Shown here: positions 1 to 10,829 of the stretch, one piece after another
Position numbering within the stretch: the stretch's first letter is position 1
Layout of the letters: the number at the start of each line of letters is the position of its first letter
Position numbers and translations under genes: made by a program
DNA from: an uncultured Ectothiorhodospiraceae bacterium
GTDB lineage: Bacteria > Pseudomonadota > Gammaproteobacteria > UBA9214
Length of the DNA: 64,000 nucleotides
Assembly (NCBI GenBank): GCA_964564245.1
Contig: CAZMAK010000002.1
Location: 21,028-85,027 of the forward strand
Direction of reading: 5' to 3'
Notes under the pieces: model-generated
The model's input: only the letters and a program-made list of their open reading frames with translations
What the model was told of the DNA's origin: nothing
Database searches by the model: none

Positions 1-43
1 TCGACATGATCCTGCCCCGTTGCCTGATGGAGGTGCAGACCCT

Positions 44-745
44 GTGAAGATCGTCTCCCGAGTCCGGCTGGTCGTGTTTGACTGGGACGGAACCCTGATG
101 GACTCCGAGTCCCAGATCGTATCCTGCCTGCACGGGGCGATCGCCGACCTTGGCCTGGCACCCATGACGAACGAAACGGTCAGCAACGTGATTGGCCTGG
201 GGCTGCGCGAGGCGATCGACATGCTGGTGCCCGGACAGGACGACGATTTTCGCACGGCCTTTGTCGAGGCCTATCGCCGGCACTGGTTCAGTCATGAGGG
301 TTCCACCCTGTTCAATGGCGCGCGTGCAGTGCTGGACACCCTGAGAGAGCAGGATTTCCTGCTGGGTATTGCAACCGGCAAGGCACGCAGCGGGCTGATG
401 CGCGTACTTGAGCAGACCGGTCTGAGCGGGTACTTTGATGCGACCCGCTGCGCCGACGAGACGCTCTCCAAGCCGCACCCGCAGATGCTGCTGGAGTTGA
501 TGCAGGAGGCCGGTGTCGAGGCACGGCACACCCTCATGGTCGGCGATACGGAATATGATATGGAGATGGCAACCCGCGCCGGTGCCGGCAAGGTGGCGGT
601 GCGTTCCGGCGTACACTCGGCGGAACGCCTGGTACGTCATGATCCGCTGGTATGCCTCGATCATGTGCGCGATTTGCCGGCATGGATGGACCGTGCCGGG
701 CTGCTGGAGCATTCCCGGATGACGACACAACAGGTGAGAACATGA
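44..745 (+). CDS. HAD-superfamily hydrolase, subfamily IA (phosphoglycolate phosphatase-like). The ORF track starts at TTG 20. GTG 44 is preferred because a GGAGG RBS lies 10 nt upstream.
   Basis: N-terminal motif VVFDWDGTLMDSE and GDTEYDMEMATRAGA; stop overlaps downstream sppA start (ATGA). Confidence 0.8.
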   Translation: MKIVSRVRLVVFDWDGTLMDSESQIVSCLHGAIADLGLAPMTNETVSNVIGLGLREAIDMLVPGQDDDFRTAFVEAYRRHWFSHEGSTLFNGARAVLDTLREQDFLLGIATGKARSGLMRVLEQTGLSGYFDATRCADETLSKPHPQMLLELMQEAGVEARHTLMVGDTEYDMEMATRAGAGKVAVRSGVHSAERLVRHDPLVCLDHVRDLPAWMDRAGLLEHSRMTTQQVRT

Positions 746-1722
746 CTGACAAGACCCCGATTCAGGACAAGCCGGACGATCACGATGACAACTGGCACAA
801 GGATCTGGTCGACCGCCTGCTGTTTGCCGCGGTCACCGAACAGCGTCGCGCCCGGCGCTGGAATATCTTCTTCAAGTCCCTGCTGGCCCTCTATCTGCTG
901 GCATTGCTGGTCCTGTACCTGCCGCAGGACTGGTCGGAGCTGACCGCCTCCGGCGAGAAACACACGGCCATGGTGGACCTGACCGGCCTCATCTCGGACA
1001 CCACGGAGGCCAGTGCGGACAACGTGATCGCGGGCCTGCGCGATGCCTTCGACGACAAGAACACCAGGGGCGTGATACTCCGGGCCAATTCGCCCGGTGG
1101 CAGCCCGGTGCAATCCTCCTACATGTACCACGAAATCAAACGCCTGCGCGAACTGCACCCGGATGTCAAGCTGTACGCCGTGGTGACGGACATCTGTGCC
1201 TCGGGTTGTTACTACGTCATTTCGGCCGCGGACGAGATCTATGTCGATGACGCCAGCATCGTGGGCTCCATCGGTGTGCGCATGGACGGCTTCGGCTTCG
1301 TGGATACCCTGAAGCTGCTTGGCGTCGAGCGCCGTCTGTATACCGCGGGCAAGAACAAGGGTTTCCTGGACCCGTTCCTGCCCAGCAAGGAATCCGATGT
1401 CGAGCATGTGCATGCGCTGCTGGACGAGATTCACCAGCAGTTCGAACAGGCGGTGATGGATGGCCGCGGTGAACGCCTGAAGAAGGATACCCCGGAGCTG
1501 TTCAGCGGGCTGGTCTGGACCGGGCAGGAGAGCATCGGCATGGGGCTGGCCGACCATACCGGCAGTGCGGGCTACGTGGCACGCGAGGTGATCGGTGCCG
1601 AGGACATCGTGGATTACACCCAGAAGCCCGACCTGCTGAAACGCATCGGTGATCGTATCGGGGTGGTGCTGGCGCGGGCCGCTACAGAGGTGCTCTCGAG
1701 CGGTACGGGACAGATCCGGTAA
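742..1722 (+). CDS. S49 family signal peptide peptidase (SppA 36K / SohB-like)
   Basis: N-terminal TM segment, S49 motifs ANSPGGSPV and ICASGCYYVISAADEIYV; the ORF-track start at 652 is an upstream extension, and ATG 742 has an RBS. Confidence 0.85.
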   Translation: MTDKTPIQDKPDDHDDNWHKDLVDRLLFAAVTEQRRARRWNIFFKSLLALYLLALLVLYLPQDWSELTASGEKHTAMVDLTGLISDTTEASADNVIAGLRDAFDDKNTRGVILRANSPGGSPVQSSYMYHEIKRLRELHPDVKLYAVVTDICASGCYYVISAADEIYVDDASIVGSIGVRMDGFGFVDTLKLLGVERRLYTAGKNKGFLDPFLPSKESDVEHVHALLDEIHQQFEQAVMDGRGERLKKDTPELFSGLVWTGQESIGMGLADHTGSAGYVAREVIGAEDIVDYTQKPDLLKRIGDRIGVVLARAATEVLSSGTGQIR

Positions 1723-1939
1723 CTGTTGCGTGCTGCACAGTCTTGTGGGATGCGTTTCGCGCAGCGGTGCGGCATGCGTCGCCGTGTGGTCCGGAGCCAG
1801 TGTCAAGGTCGCGAATCGGCTGTCAAGGCCAGCTGCAGGGACGGCGAGGAGCGGAGCTTGCACAGGTATATGAGCACCGGAGCGGGGGCCACAACCCCGC
1901 CCTGGTGCCTGAGCGGTTTTCTGGACAGCTCCCGGTGTC

Positions 1940-2533
1940 CTATGGCAACACAATTCCCGCCTGTTTCAGCATGCTGGTCAGCCGGATCAGCGGCAGGCCG
2001 ATCAGCGCGGTCGGGTCATCGCCTTCCATGCGCTCGAACAGCGTGATGCCGAGGCCTTCGGACTTGAAGCTGCCGGCACAGTGGTACGGTTGATCGGCGC
2101 GCAGGTAGTGTTCGATCTGCGCGTCGTCCAGCGTGCGGAACACCACGTGATAGGGCACCACGTCGACCTGGCAATTGCCGCTGACACTGTCCAGCAGGCA
2201 CAGCCCGGTGTGGAAACTCACGCGTTTGCCGGACAGGTAGCGTAGCTGCGCGACCGCGCGCTCGTGGTTGCCGGGTTTTCCCAGGATGTCGCTGCCGGTA
2301 GTGGCGACCTGGTCGGAACCGATGATCAGCCCCCGGTGAGTCGCGCCTGCGGCACGGGCCTTCAACCGTGCCAGCCTTCCCACCAGCGCCTGCGGGGTTT
2401 CACCGGGCAGTGCGGTCTCGTCGGCATCCGGTGCTACCGTCCGGAACGGGATACCCAGCCGCTCGAGCAATTCCCTGCGAAACGGTGAGGTCGAGGCCAG
2501 GACCAGCGGCAGGTCGTTGTGTGCAGGGTACAT
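1940..2533 (-). CDS. maf: Maf-like nucleoside triphosphate pyrophosphatase (septum formation protein Maf)
   Basis: [22 protein letters not shown]-terminus typical of Maf/YceF. Confidence 0.85.
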   Translation of the reverse strand: MYPAHNDLPLVLASTSPFRRELLERLGIPFRTVAPDADETALPGETPQALVGRLARLKARAAGATHRGLIIGSDQVATTGSDILGKPGNHERAVAQLRYLSGKRVSFHTGLCLLDSVSGNCQVDVVPYHVVFRTLDDAQIEHYLRADQPYHCAGSFKSEGLGITLFERMEGDDPTALIGLPLIRLTSMLKQAGIVLP

Positions 2534-2544
2534 CGCCGGGCTGC

Positions 2545-4368
2545 TCAGTGATCGGTCACGATCTCGATCAGGGTTTCATCCGGATTGACGCTGTCGCCCC
2601 TGGCGACGTGGATTGCGACGACACGCCCCGCCACCGGTGACTGGATCTCGGTCTCCATCTTCATCGCCTCGGTGATCAGCACCGGGGTGCCGGCACGGAT
2701 TTCATCGCCGGCCGCCACCAGGATGTCGACGATGGTGCCCGGCATCGAGGTGGTCACGTGGCCGGGGCGGGTGGCGCGCGGGCGCTGGCTGCCGGTTTTT
2801 ACCGTGTCCTGTCCGCCGTTGCCGGTGGGCAATTCATCCAGGATCTCCACCAGTACCTCTTCGGGTATCCCGTCGACCGTCATGTAGAAGGGACGGTTAT
2901 CCAGGGTGCGGTGTCCGGTGCCGGTAATGCGGATGTGGTAGGGCTCGCCGTGCAGCGTCACATTGAACTCGGTCGGCCGCGAACGCCGTTCCTGCTTGTC
3001 GCCCGGCGGTGGCTCCAGTGGTTCCGGGGCCAGTGTGCCCTGCCTGCGGTGCTCCAGGAAATCCCTGCCGATCTCCGGGAACATGGCATAGGTCAGTATG
3101 TCTTCCTCGCTCCCGGCGAGTTCGCCGATGTCATCACGCAGGCGATCCATTTCCGGTGACAGCAGGTCGGCCGGCCGGACATCGATCGTCTGTTCGCTGC
3201 CGATGGCGTTGCGGCGGACGGTTTCATTCACTTCCGCCGGTGCGCGGCCATACTTGCCCTGCAGGTAGAGTTTCACCTCGTTGGTGATGGTCTTGTAACG
3301 GTGTCCGGTCAGGACGTTGAGCACGGCCTGGGTACCGATGATCTGCGAGGTCGGCGTCACCAGGGGCGGGTAGCCCAGGTCCTTGCGCACCAGGGGAATT
3401 TCGCGGAATACCTCGTCGAGACGGTCCAGCGCTCCCTGTTCGCGCAGCTGGGTATAGAGGTTGGAAATCATGCCGCCGGGTACCTGGTAGACCTGCACCC
3501 TTGTGTCCGGGTCGTGGAACTCGCCCTCGAACTGGTGATACCTGCTGCGCACCGTGCGGAAATACTGTCCGATGAGCTGCAATGCCTCCAGGTCGAGCCC
3601 GGTCTCGAACGGGGTGTCACGCAGGGCGGCGACCATGCTTTCGGTGGCCGCGTGGCTGGTGCTGCCGGAGAATGAGGAAATCGCGGTGTCGATGTATTCG
3701 CAGCCGTTTTCCACGGCCTTCAGCAGGCACATCTCGGCGGTGCCGGCCGTGGCGTGACAGTGCAGGTGCAGTGGCAGTTGCGTGGCCCTGCGGATGGCGC
3801 TCACCAGTTCCGCCGTCACCATCGGCGTCAGCAGTCCGGCCATGTCCTTGATGACGATGCTGTCGCAACCCATGTCCTGCAGTTCGCGCGCCATGTCGAC
3901 GAAGGTCCGGTTATCGTGGACCGGGCTGGTGGTATAGCAGATCGTGCCCTGGGCATGCCGGCCGGCCTGTTTGACCGCCTCGATCGAGGTCTGCAGGTTG
4001 CGGCTGTCGTTGAGCGCATCGAAGATGCGGAAGACATCGATGCCGTTATCCGCGGCGCGAGCGATGAATGCGCGCACCACGTCGTCGGAATAGTGCCGGT
4101 AACCCAGCAGGTTCTGGCCGCGCAACAGCATCTGCAGGCGGGTGCCCGGCAGCGCGGCACGCAACGCACGCAACCGCTCCCAGGGATCTTCCTTGAGATA
4201 GCGCAGGCAGGTGTCAAACGTGGCGCCACCCCAGACTTCCAGCGACCAGTAGCCGATCCGGTCCAGTTGCTCACAGACCGGCAGCATGTCGGCCGTGCGC
4301 ATGCGGGTCGCGATCAGTGACTGGTGTGCGTCGCGCAGGATGACATCGGTGATGTGAACGGCTGGCAT
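2545..4368 (-). CDS. Pyruvate carboxylase subunit B / oxaloacetate decarboxylase alpha-like (carboxyltransferase 5S + C-terminal biotinyl domain)
   Basis: 607 aa; HMGL-like TIM barrel N-terminus ([21 protein letters not shown]) and biotin attachment motif EAMKMETEI at the C-terminus. Confidence 0.85.
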   Translation of the reverse strand: MPAVHITDVILRDAHQSLIATRMRTADMLPVCEQLDRIGYWSLEVWGGATFDTCLRYLKEDPWERLRALRAALPGTRLQMLLRGQNLLGYRHYSDDVVRAFIARAADNGIDVFRIFDALNDSRNLQTSIEAVKQAGRHAQGTICYTTSPVHDNRTFVDMARELQDMGCDSIVIKDMAGLLTPMVTAELVSAIRRATQLPLHLHCHATAGTAEMCLLKAVENGCEYIDTAISSFSGSTSHAATESMVAALRDTPFETGLDLEALQLIGQYFRTVRSRYHQFEGEFHDPDTRVQVYQVPGGMISNLYTQLREQGALDRLDEVFREIPLVRKDLGYPPLVTPTSQIIGTQAVLNVLTGHRYKTITNEVKLYLQGKYGRAPAEVNETVRRNAIGSEQTIDVRPADLLSPEMDRLRDDIGELAGSEEDILTYAMFPEIGRDFLEHRRQGTLAPEPLEPPPGDKQERRSRPTEFNVTLHGEPYHIRITGTGHRTLDNRPFYMTVDGIPEEVLVEILDELPTGNGGQDTVKTGSQRPRATRPGHVTTSMPGTIVDILVAAGDEIRAGTPVLITEAMKMETEIQSPVAGRVVAIHVARGDSVNPDETLIEIVTDH

Positions 4369-4389
4369 GAGTGTGCTTCCTGCGTGGGG

Positions 4390-5817
4390 TTACATTCCCA
4401 GGTGTGCCGATATGGCGGCGGTCAGTGCCGCGGTCAGTTCCCGCGTGGGCCGGCTGGTGGTGTAGCCTACCAGTTCCGGGTGTGCCTCAACAAACCCGGT
4501 ATCGAACCGGCCGGCACGGAATTCCGGCACCTTGAGCAGTTCGAGGTAAAACGGAATGGTGGTTTTCACCCCGTACACACCGGTGTCCTGCAGTGCGCGG
4601 CTGGCGCGGTTGAGCAACTCCGGCCAGGTCAGTGCCCAGACGGTCAGCTTGGCGCACATGGAATCGTAATACGGGGGGATTTCATAGCCGGTGTAGATGG
4701 CGGCATCGGTGCGTACGCCCGGGCCGCCGGGTGCAAAATAGCGGGTGATGCGGCCGAAGCTGGGCAGGAAGTCATTCTTCGGATCTTCCGCATTGATACG
4801 CAGTTCCATGGAATAACCGCGGCGGCCGATTTCGTGCTGTGCGTAGGTCAGTGGCAGGCCGCTGGCGATGCGGAACTGTTCCTGAACGATATCGATACCG
4901 GTGATGTTTTCGCTGATGGTATGTTCGACCTGCAGGCGGGTGTTCATTTCCATGAAGTAGAAGTTGCCATCCGCATCGAGGAGAAATTCCACCGTGCCGG
5001 CATTCTCGTAGTCGACTGCGCGCGCCGCGCGCACGGCCATCTCGCCCAGCCACTGCCGCTGTTCCCCGCTGATCTGGGGGGAGGGGGCGATCTCGATCAG
5101 TTTCTGGTGGCGGCGCTGTATCGAGCAGTCGCGTTCGAACAGGTGCACGACATTGCCATGCCCGTCAGCCAGGATCTGTACCTCGATATGGCGGGGCCGG
5201 TCGATGCATTTCTCCAGAAAGATCTCGGCGGAGCCGAATGCCTTTCTTGCCTCGGACAGCACCCGGTCATAATTGCGGCGTAGTTCCAGCTCGTTGTTGC
5301 AGCGCCGGATGCCACGTCCGCCGCCTCCGGACGTTGCCTTCAGCATGACCGGGTAGCCGATATCATCGGCCAGTCCGATGGCCTGGCCCAGGCCGGTCAG
5401 GTTGCCGTCACTGCCCGGCACCACCGGGATGCCGGCGGCCTGCATGGCACGCCGTGCCTCGACCTTGTCACCCATGCGGCGGATGACCGTGGCGTCCGGC
5501 CCGATGAACCGGATATGGCGTTGCTGGCAGATCTCGGCCAGCAAGGGGTTTTCCGACAGGAAGCCGTAACCGGGGTGCAGGGCATCACAGCCGGTGGCGA
5601 CGGCGAGATTGACGATGCGGTGGGCGTTCAGATAGCCGGCGATGGACTCCGGTCCGATGTTATGTGCCTCGTCGGCCTTCTTGACGTGCAAGGCGTGCCG
5701 GTCGGCGTCGGCGTAGATGGCCACCGAGGTGATGCCGGCCTCCGCGCAGGCGCGAATGATTCGCACGGCAATCTCGCCGCGGTTGGCGATGAGGATTTTC
5801 TTCAGCACGTTCGGCAC
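4390..5817 (-). CDS. Biotin carboxylase (pyruvate carboxylase subunit A / AccC-like)
   Basis: MPNVLKKILIANRGEIAVRIIRAC..., ATP-grasp and BC C-terminal motifs; 22 nt upstream of the subunit B gene. Confidence 0.9.
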   Translation of the reverse strand: MPNVLKKILIANRGEIAVRIIRACAEAGITSVAIYADADRHALHVKKADEAHNIGPESIAGYLNAHRIVNLAVATGCDALHPGYGFLSENPLLAEICQQRHIRFIGPDATVIRRMGDKVEARRAMQAAGIPVVPGSDGNLTGLGQAIGLADDIGYPVMLKATSGGGGRGIRRCNNELELRRNYDRVLSEARKAFGSAEIFLEKCIDRPRHIEVQILADGHGNVVHLFERDCSIQRRHQKLIEIAPSPQISGEQRQWLGEMAVRAARAVDYENAGTVEFLLDADGNFYFMEMNTRLQVEHTISENITGIDIVQEQFRIASGLPLTYAQHEIGRRGYSMELRINAEDPKNDFLPSFGRITRYFAPGGPGVRTDAAIYTGYEIPPYYDSMCAKLTVWALTWPELLNRASRALQDTGVYGVKTTIPFYLELLKVPEFRAGRFDTGFVEAHPELVGYTTSRPTRELTAALTAAISAHLGM

Positions 5818-5950
5818 CAGGCAGATGGGCAGGCCGGGTCGATTACCCGGAATTCACTCGTGAATCTAGTACGGATTTCGGGATCACCTGTCAATAGCCG
5901 GGTGCCGGGTGTAATCCGTGTGGAAATACCGGAAATTCAGTGATCCGGCT

Positions 5951-5979
5951 TTGACACAGGGCAGGGCCATGGATAGTAT
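5951..5979 (+). promoter_or_regulatory. Putative sigma70 promoter (TTGACA-17-TAGTAT) immediately upstream of yceD
   Basis: TTGACA 5951-5956, TAGTAT 5974-5979, 17-bp spacer; implies a very short or leaderless transcript. Confidence 0.25.
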
Positions 5980-5988
5980 AAACGGGTT

Positions 5989-6501
5989 ATGACGGGCCAC
6001 TTGCCAGACCGGCTGGACTTACTGGCAACTGCGGATGCAGGTCGCGTACTGCACGGGTGCATGAAACTGGCCTCGATGCCGCGGCTGCTGCCCGCGCTGA
6101 CGTCCGCCGATGGCGAACTGCAGGTGAGCCTCGAACTCGGCAAGGACCCGGATGGCACCCGGTACCTGCGCGGTACCATTCGGGGTGAAGTGCAGCTGCA
6201 GTGCCAGCGATGCCTGGAACCCATGAGTCTGTCACTCGATCTTGGTTTTCGCCTCGGTATCGTGCGCGACCAGCAGGGTATGGATGCACTGCACGAGCGC
6301 TATGAGCCGCTGCTGGTCGGGGCCGAGCCTGAATGTCTTGCGGACATCGTAACGGACGAGGTGCTGCTGGCGCTACCACTGGTACCGGCACACGCCGACG
6401 CCGGCGAGTGCCATCAGTTTGTACAGGATTATCTGCCGCCGGAACCGGAAAAGCGGGAAGGCCCGTTTGCGGTGCTGGCGGGTCTGAAGCAGAAAACGTA
6501 A
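5989..6501 (+). CDS. yceD: YceD/DUF177 (23S rRNA accumulation protein)
   Basis: CQRC...EPM and C-terminal acidic tail; conserved position upstream of rpmF-plsX. Confidence 0.8.
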   Translation: MTGHLPDRLDLLATADAGRVLHGCMKLASMPRLLPALTSADGELQVSLELGKDPDGTRYLRGTIRGEVQLQCQRCLEPMSLSLDLGFRLGIVRDQQGMDALHERYEPLLVGAEPECLADIVTDEVLLALPLVPAHADAGECHQFVQDYLPPEPEKREGPFAVLAGLKQKT

Positions 6502-6517
6502 CAGAGGAGTAGCAAAC

Positions 6518-6697
6518 ATGGCCGTTCAGCAGAATCGCAAGACGCCGTCGAAGCGTGGCATGCGCCGTTCCCACGACAGGCTGACTGCAAAGGCATTGTC
6601 GATCGAGCCGACCACGGGCGAGACCCATTTGCGTCATCACATCAGCGCCGACGGTTTTTACCGTGGACGCAAGGTGATCGATACAGCGCAGGATTGA
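6518..6697 (+). CDS. rpmF: 50S ribosomal protein L32 (59 aa; absent from the ORF track because it is short)
   Basis: Manual translation [24 protein letters not shown]...[17 protein letters not shown] matches L32. Confidence 0.9.
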   Translation: MAVQQNRKTPSKRGMRRSHDRLTAKALSIEPTTGETHLRHHISADGFYRGRKVIDTAQD

Positions 6698-6800
6698 CCG
6701 AATCTTTCCTGAACAGGACGTGCACCGGCGGGCTGTGAACCCGCACGGTGCATTTTTCATGGGGCCGGGTGCCCGCACCCGCGTGGTCTGACTGCATGGC

Positions 6801-7829
6801 ATGAGCAAGCCCGTAACGATTGCGCTGGATGCAATGGGTGGCGACGTGGGTTGCGGGGTGGTCGTGCCCGCCGCCGTGCATGCACTCAGCGCGAATCCGG
6901 ACCTGCAGGTCATTCTGGTCGGTGACCGGACCGGGATACAGGCCGAGCTGGACCGCCACCCGGCCGCACCGGCCAGTCGCATCCGGGTCCATCATGCCAG
7001 CCAGGCCGTAACCATGGACGAGGCCCCGTCCAGTGCGTTGCGCAACAAGAAGGACTCTTCCATGCGGGTCGCGCTCAACCTGGTCAGGGAGGGCGATGCC
7101 GATGCCTGTGTCAGTGCGGGCAATACCGGCGCCCTGATGGCAACGTCCCGTTTCGTGCTGAAAATGCTGCCCGGCATCGACCGGCCCGCGATCTGTACCC
7201 GGTTGCCGACGCAGCGCACTCATACCTGGGTGCTCGATCTCGGGGCAAACGTCGATTGCGAGGCGGAACACCTGTTCCAGTTCGCCATCATGGGCTCGGT
7301 GCTGGCGCAGTCACTCGACGGCACGGCCAGACCGGCGATCGGGGTACTGAATATCGGCGAGGAAGAGATCAAGGGTAACGAGCAGGTCAGGACGGCCGCG
7401 AAGCTGATCGCCGACAGCCACCTCAACTACGCCGGCTTTGCCGAGGGTGATGATATCTACAAGGGCCGGTTCGACGTGATCGTATGTGACGGGTTTGTCG
7501 GCAACATTGCGCTCAAGACGAGTGAGGGCGTGGCGAAAATGATCGCCACCTTCATCCGGGAGGAATTCCGGCGCAACCTGTACACCCGGCTGGCGGCGCT
7601 GATCGCCATGCCGGTGCTCGGGGCATTCCGCCGCCGCATCGATCCCCGGTTGTACAATGGCGCGAGCCTGCTCGGCCTGGCCGGCATCGTGATCAAGAGT
7701 CACGGCGGCGCCGATGCACTGGCCTTTGCCAACGCCATCAAGGTTGCCGTGCTGGAGGTTCGCGAGGGCGTACCCGACCGGATCCGCGCACAGCTGGACT
7801 CCTGGCAGGAACACAGGCAGGTACAATGA
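6801..7829 (+). CDS. plsX: Phosphate acyltransferase PlsX
   Basis: [18 protein letters not shown]-terminus; synteny. Confidence 0.9.
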   Translation: MSKPVTIALDAMGGDVGCGVVVPAAVHALSANPDLQVILVGDRTGIQAELDRHPAAPASRIRVHHASQAVTMDEAPSSALRNKKDSSMRVALNLVREGDADACVSAGNTGALMATSRFVLKMLPGIDRPAICTRLPTQRTHTWVLDLGANVDCEAEHLFQFAIMGSVLAQSLDGTARPAIGVLNIGEEEIKGNEQVRTAAKLIADSHLNYAGFAEGDDIYKGRFDVIVCDGFVGNIALKTSEGVAKMIATFIREEFRRNLYTRLAALIAMPVLGAFRRRIDPRLYNGASLLGLAGIVIKSHGGADALAFANAIKVAVLEVREGVPDRIRAQLDSWQEHRQVQ

Positions 7830-8794
7830 AATATTCACGGATAACCGGGACCGGTGGTTACCTTCCCGAAAAGGTACTGTCCAACCATGACCTGGAAAAG
7901 ATCATGGATACCTCGGATGAATGGATCCGTGACCGTACCGGAATCAGCAAGCGCCACATTGCCGCAGGCGACGAGACTACCTGTGACCTTGCCGAGATCG
8001 CGGCCATGCGTGCCATGGAAGCGGCCGGCAGGACGCCACGCCAGGTCGATCTGATCGTCTTCGCCACCACCACGCCGGACCGGGTGTTTCCCAGTACCGC
8101 CTGCCTGTTGCAGCAGCGGCTGGACATACACGGTACCGCGGCATTCGACATCCAGGCCGTGTGCACCGGCTTTGTCTACGCACTCGGGGTGGCGGACAAG
8201 TTCATCAGGACCGGTGCCGCGAAGTGTGCGCTGGTGGTGGGTGCGGAAACACTGTCACGCATCGTGAACTGGAATGACCGCAGCACGGCGATCCTGTTTG
8301 GCGACGGCGCCGGTGCCGTGGTGCTGGAGGCCAGCGACGAACCGGGCATCCTGTCCACACATCTGCACGCCGACGGCAGCTACGAACACCTGCTGACCGT
8401 GCCGAGCGGCATCTCGCAGGGCTACGAACACGTGCAGGCCGGCGAGGCCTATGTGCAGATGCAGGGCAACGAGGTATTCAAGATGGCGGTCAACACGCTG
8501 GGCCGCATCGTGGACGAGACGCTGGCCGCGAATCACATGAGCAAGTCGGACGTGAACTGGCTGATCCCGCATCAGGCCAACATCCGTATCATCCAGGCGA
8601 CCGCCAGGAAACTGAAGATGGACATGGACCACGTGGTCGTTACGGTTGATGAGCACGGCAACACCTCGGCGGCCTCCGTGCCGCTGGCGCTGGATACGGC
8701 GGTACGCGACGGTCGCATACAGCGCGGTGAAGTGCTGCTGATGGAGGCATTCGGCGGCGGGTTTACCTGGGGTTCGGCACTGGTCCGCTACTAG
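7826..8794 (+). CDS. fabH: 3-oxoacyl-ACP synthase III
   Basis: [35 protein letters not shown]; active-site Cys context [11 protein letters not shown]; ATGA overlap with plsX. Confidence 0.9.
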   Translation: MKYSRITGTGGYLPEKVLSNHDLEKIMDTSDEWIRDRTGISKRHIAAGDETTCDLAEIAAMRAMEAAGRTPRQVDLIVFATTTPDRVFPSTACLLQQRLDIHGTAAFDIQAVCTGFVYALGVADKFIRTGAAKCALVVGAETLSRIVNWNDRSTAILFGDGAGAVVLEASDEPGILSTHLHADGSYEHLLTVPSGISQGYEHVQAGEAYVQMQGNEVFKMAVNTLGRIVDETLAANHMSKSDVNWLIPHQANIRIIQATARKLKMDMDHVVVTVDEHGNTSAASVPLALDTAVRDGRIQRGEVLLMEAFGGGFTWGSALVRY

Positions 8795-8844
8795 CACCGG
8801 CACGGCGCCGGACATTCTGTTGAAACAGTCAGCTTCCTGAATAC

Positions 8845-9789
8845 ATGAATACATCAGGCAACAACCTGGCACTGGTCTTTCCCGGGCAGGGCTCTCAGTC
8901 GGTCGGCATGCTGTCCGAACTGGCCATGGCATACCCGCAGGTCACCTCGACCTTCGCCGAGGCCAGCAGCGTACTGGGCTACGACCTGTGGCAACTGGTA
9001 CAGGACGGTCCGGAAGAGGTGCTGAACCAGACCGCGCGTACCCAGCCGGCCATGCTGGCGGCCGGTGTGGCGGTGTGGCGTATCTGGTGTGACCGGGGCG
9101 GCGCACGGCCGGCGATGATGGCCGGGCACAGCCTTGGCGAGTACACCGCACTGGTCTGCGCCGGTGCCATGGACTTCGACGAAACCGTCGCGCTGGTAGC
9201 CGAGCGCGGCCGTTGCATGCAGTCGGCGGTCGCGCCCGGCGTTGGCGCCATGGCGGCCATCCTGGGACTCGATGACGAAACGGTCGGCAGTATTTGCGCA
9301 CAGTCCGCCAATGGCGAAACCGTCAGCCCGGTGAATTACAATTCGCCCGGCCAGGTCGTGATTGCGGGGCACAGTGCAGCGGTCGGGCGTGCCGTGGCGG
9401 CGGCGCAGGCCGCCGGTGCCCGGCGCGCGGTGACCCTGCCGGTGAGTGTGCCTTCCCACTGCAGCCTGATGGAGCCGGCCGCCCGCGAGTTTGCCGTGCA
9501 ACTGGCGCAGGTTACCATCCGGCCCCCGCAGACCCCCGTGGTACAGAACGTCGATGCCGCTGTACACGACCAGCCGCAGCCAATCCGTGAGAATCTCGAA
9601 CGGCAGCTGTACAGCCCGGTGCAGTGGGTGCGTACCGTGCAGGCCATGGCGGGGCAGGGAATCGTCCGGATCATCGAGGCCGGCCCGGGCAAGGTGCTGG
9701 CCGGGCTCGGCAAGCGCATCGACAGGAATATCACGCATGAGTCCGTGCCGGATCCGGCGTCGCTGGATGCCGCGCTGTCCGCAGACTGA
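8845..9789 (+). CDS. fabD: Malonyl-CoA:ACP transacylase
   Basis: LVFPGQGSQSVGM and GHSLGEY motifs. Confidence 0.9.
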   Translation: MNTSGNNLALVFPGQGSQSVGMLSELAMAYPQVTSTFAEASSVLGYDLWQLVQDGPEEVLNQTARTQPAMLAAGVAVWRIWCDRGGARPAMMAGHSLGEYTALVCAGAMDFDETVALVAERGRCMQSAVAPGVGAMAAILGLDDETVGSICAQSANGETVSPVNYNSPGQVVIAGHSAAVGRAVAAAQAAGARRAVTLPVSVPSHCSLMEPAAREFAVQLAQVTIRPPQTPVVQNVDAAVHDQPQPIRENLERQLYSPVQWVRTVQAMAGQGIVRIIEAGPGKVLAGLGKRIDRNITHESVPDPASLDAALSAD

Positions 9790-9803
9790 TCAGGGAGGGG
9801 CAT

Positions 9804-10547
9804 ATGTCATTTATAAACGAGATTGCGCTGGTGACCGGAGCCAGTCGCGGTATCGGCAGGGCGATCGCCGAGTTGCTGGGGAAGCGCGGTGCCGTCGTCA
9901 TCGGTACGGCGACCACCGCATCCGGTGCGCAGGCCATTACCGACGCACTGAAAGCGGCCGGTGTACAGGGCCAGGGCATGGTGCTGAACGTTACCGATCC
10001 GGAATCGATTGCAAGCGTGATCAGGGACATCACATCGCAATACGGCACACCGAGTATCCTGGTCAACAACGCGGGGATCACCCGCGACAACCTGCTCATG
10101 CGCATGAAGGATGAGGAGTGGGACGAGGTGATCAACACCAATCTGAGCTCGGCCTTTCGCATGAGCCGCGCGGTACTCAGGGGGATGATGAAGGCCAGGC
10201 ATGGCCGCATCATCATGATCTCGTCCGTGATCGGTGCAACCGGCAATCCGGGCCAGGCCAATTACGCCGCGACCAAGGCGGGCGTCATCGGCTTTGCGAA
10301 ATCCCTGGCCAGGGAGATCGGCTCGCGCGGTATCACGGTGAATGCCGTGGCCCCTGGATTCATCGACACCGACATGACGCGCGCCCTGCCGGAAGAACAG
10401 CGCGCGGCGCTGCTGGGACAGATCGCACTTGGCCGCCTCGGTGATGTCAGCGATATCGCGAACACCGTGGCATTCCTCGCCTCCAGCGATGCCGGATACA
10501 TCACGGGTGAGACCATCCACGTGAACGGTGGCATGTACATGCACTAG
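9804..10547 (+). CDS. fabG: 3-oxoacyl-ACP reductase
   Basis: SDR motif TGASRGIGRAIA, NAG, YxxxK context. Confidence 0.9.
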   Translation: MSFINEIALVTGASRGIGRAIAELLGKRGAVVIGTATTASGAQAITDALKAAGVQGQGMVLNVTDPESIASVIRDITSQYGTPSILVNNAGITRDNLLMRMKDEEWDEVINTNLSSAFRMSRAVLRGMMKARHGRIIMISSVIGATGNPGQANYAATKAGVIGFAKSLAREIGSRGITVNAVAPGFIDTDMTRALPEEQRAALLGQIALGRLGDVSDIANTVAFLASSDAGYITGETIHVNGGMYMH

Positions 10548-10607
10548 CACTGCCGCTCCGGCGTGCAGGCACAGCGTTGCGCGCGTGTTGCCCGGTCACG
10601 GCAGGCG

Positions 10608-10621
10608 CGTTTGTACAAACG
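10608..10621. promoter_or_regulatory. Perfect 14-bp palindrome CGTTTGTACAAACG upstream of acpP; a second TTTGTACA half-site lies at 10636-10644
   Basis: Read directly from the sequence; lies in the fabG-acpP intergenic region, with a TACAAT -10-like element near 10775. Confidence 0.25.
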
Positions 10622-10829
10622 CAGGCAGATGGTGTTTTTGTACAGGATTAAGCGTTTGTTAATTATATGAAAAAGGCCTGTTGTTGCTGACCCTGCCGGA
10701 TTCTGCAGGATGGCAGTGAAATGACTGCTGCGGGAGCGAATCATCTGACTTGTAAGTTGCGGCAGCCATTCACTACAATACTCGCGCGGCCTCGGCTGCG
10801 CTCCTTCAAACCGAGAGGAATAACCTGAA

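Noticed and set aside
20-745. TTG 20 start, and extended N-termini given in the ORF track for many genes (e.g. 652, 18060, 21684, 23477, 28730, 34587, 37520, 40556, 48714, 52259, 62125)
   Set aside because: The extensions are Arg/Pro-rich and lack homology. Downstream in-frame ATG or GTG codons yield canonical N-termini or signal peptides, often with an RBS, so I trimmed the starts.
661-1953. 430-aa minus-strand ORF
   Set aside because: Overlaps sppA on the opposite strand. Arg/His/Gly-rich composition, no domains; a high-GC artefact.
2545-5817. Acetyl-CoA carboxylase accC/accB annotation for the biotin-enzyme pair
   Set aside because: The second gene encodes a 607-aa HMGL-like carboxyltransferase fused to a biotinyl domain (PycB/OadA-type), not a 150-aa AccB. 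I therefore call it a two-subunit pyruvate-carboxylase-type enzyme, although substrate specificity cannot be proven from sequence.
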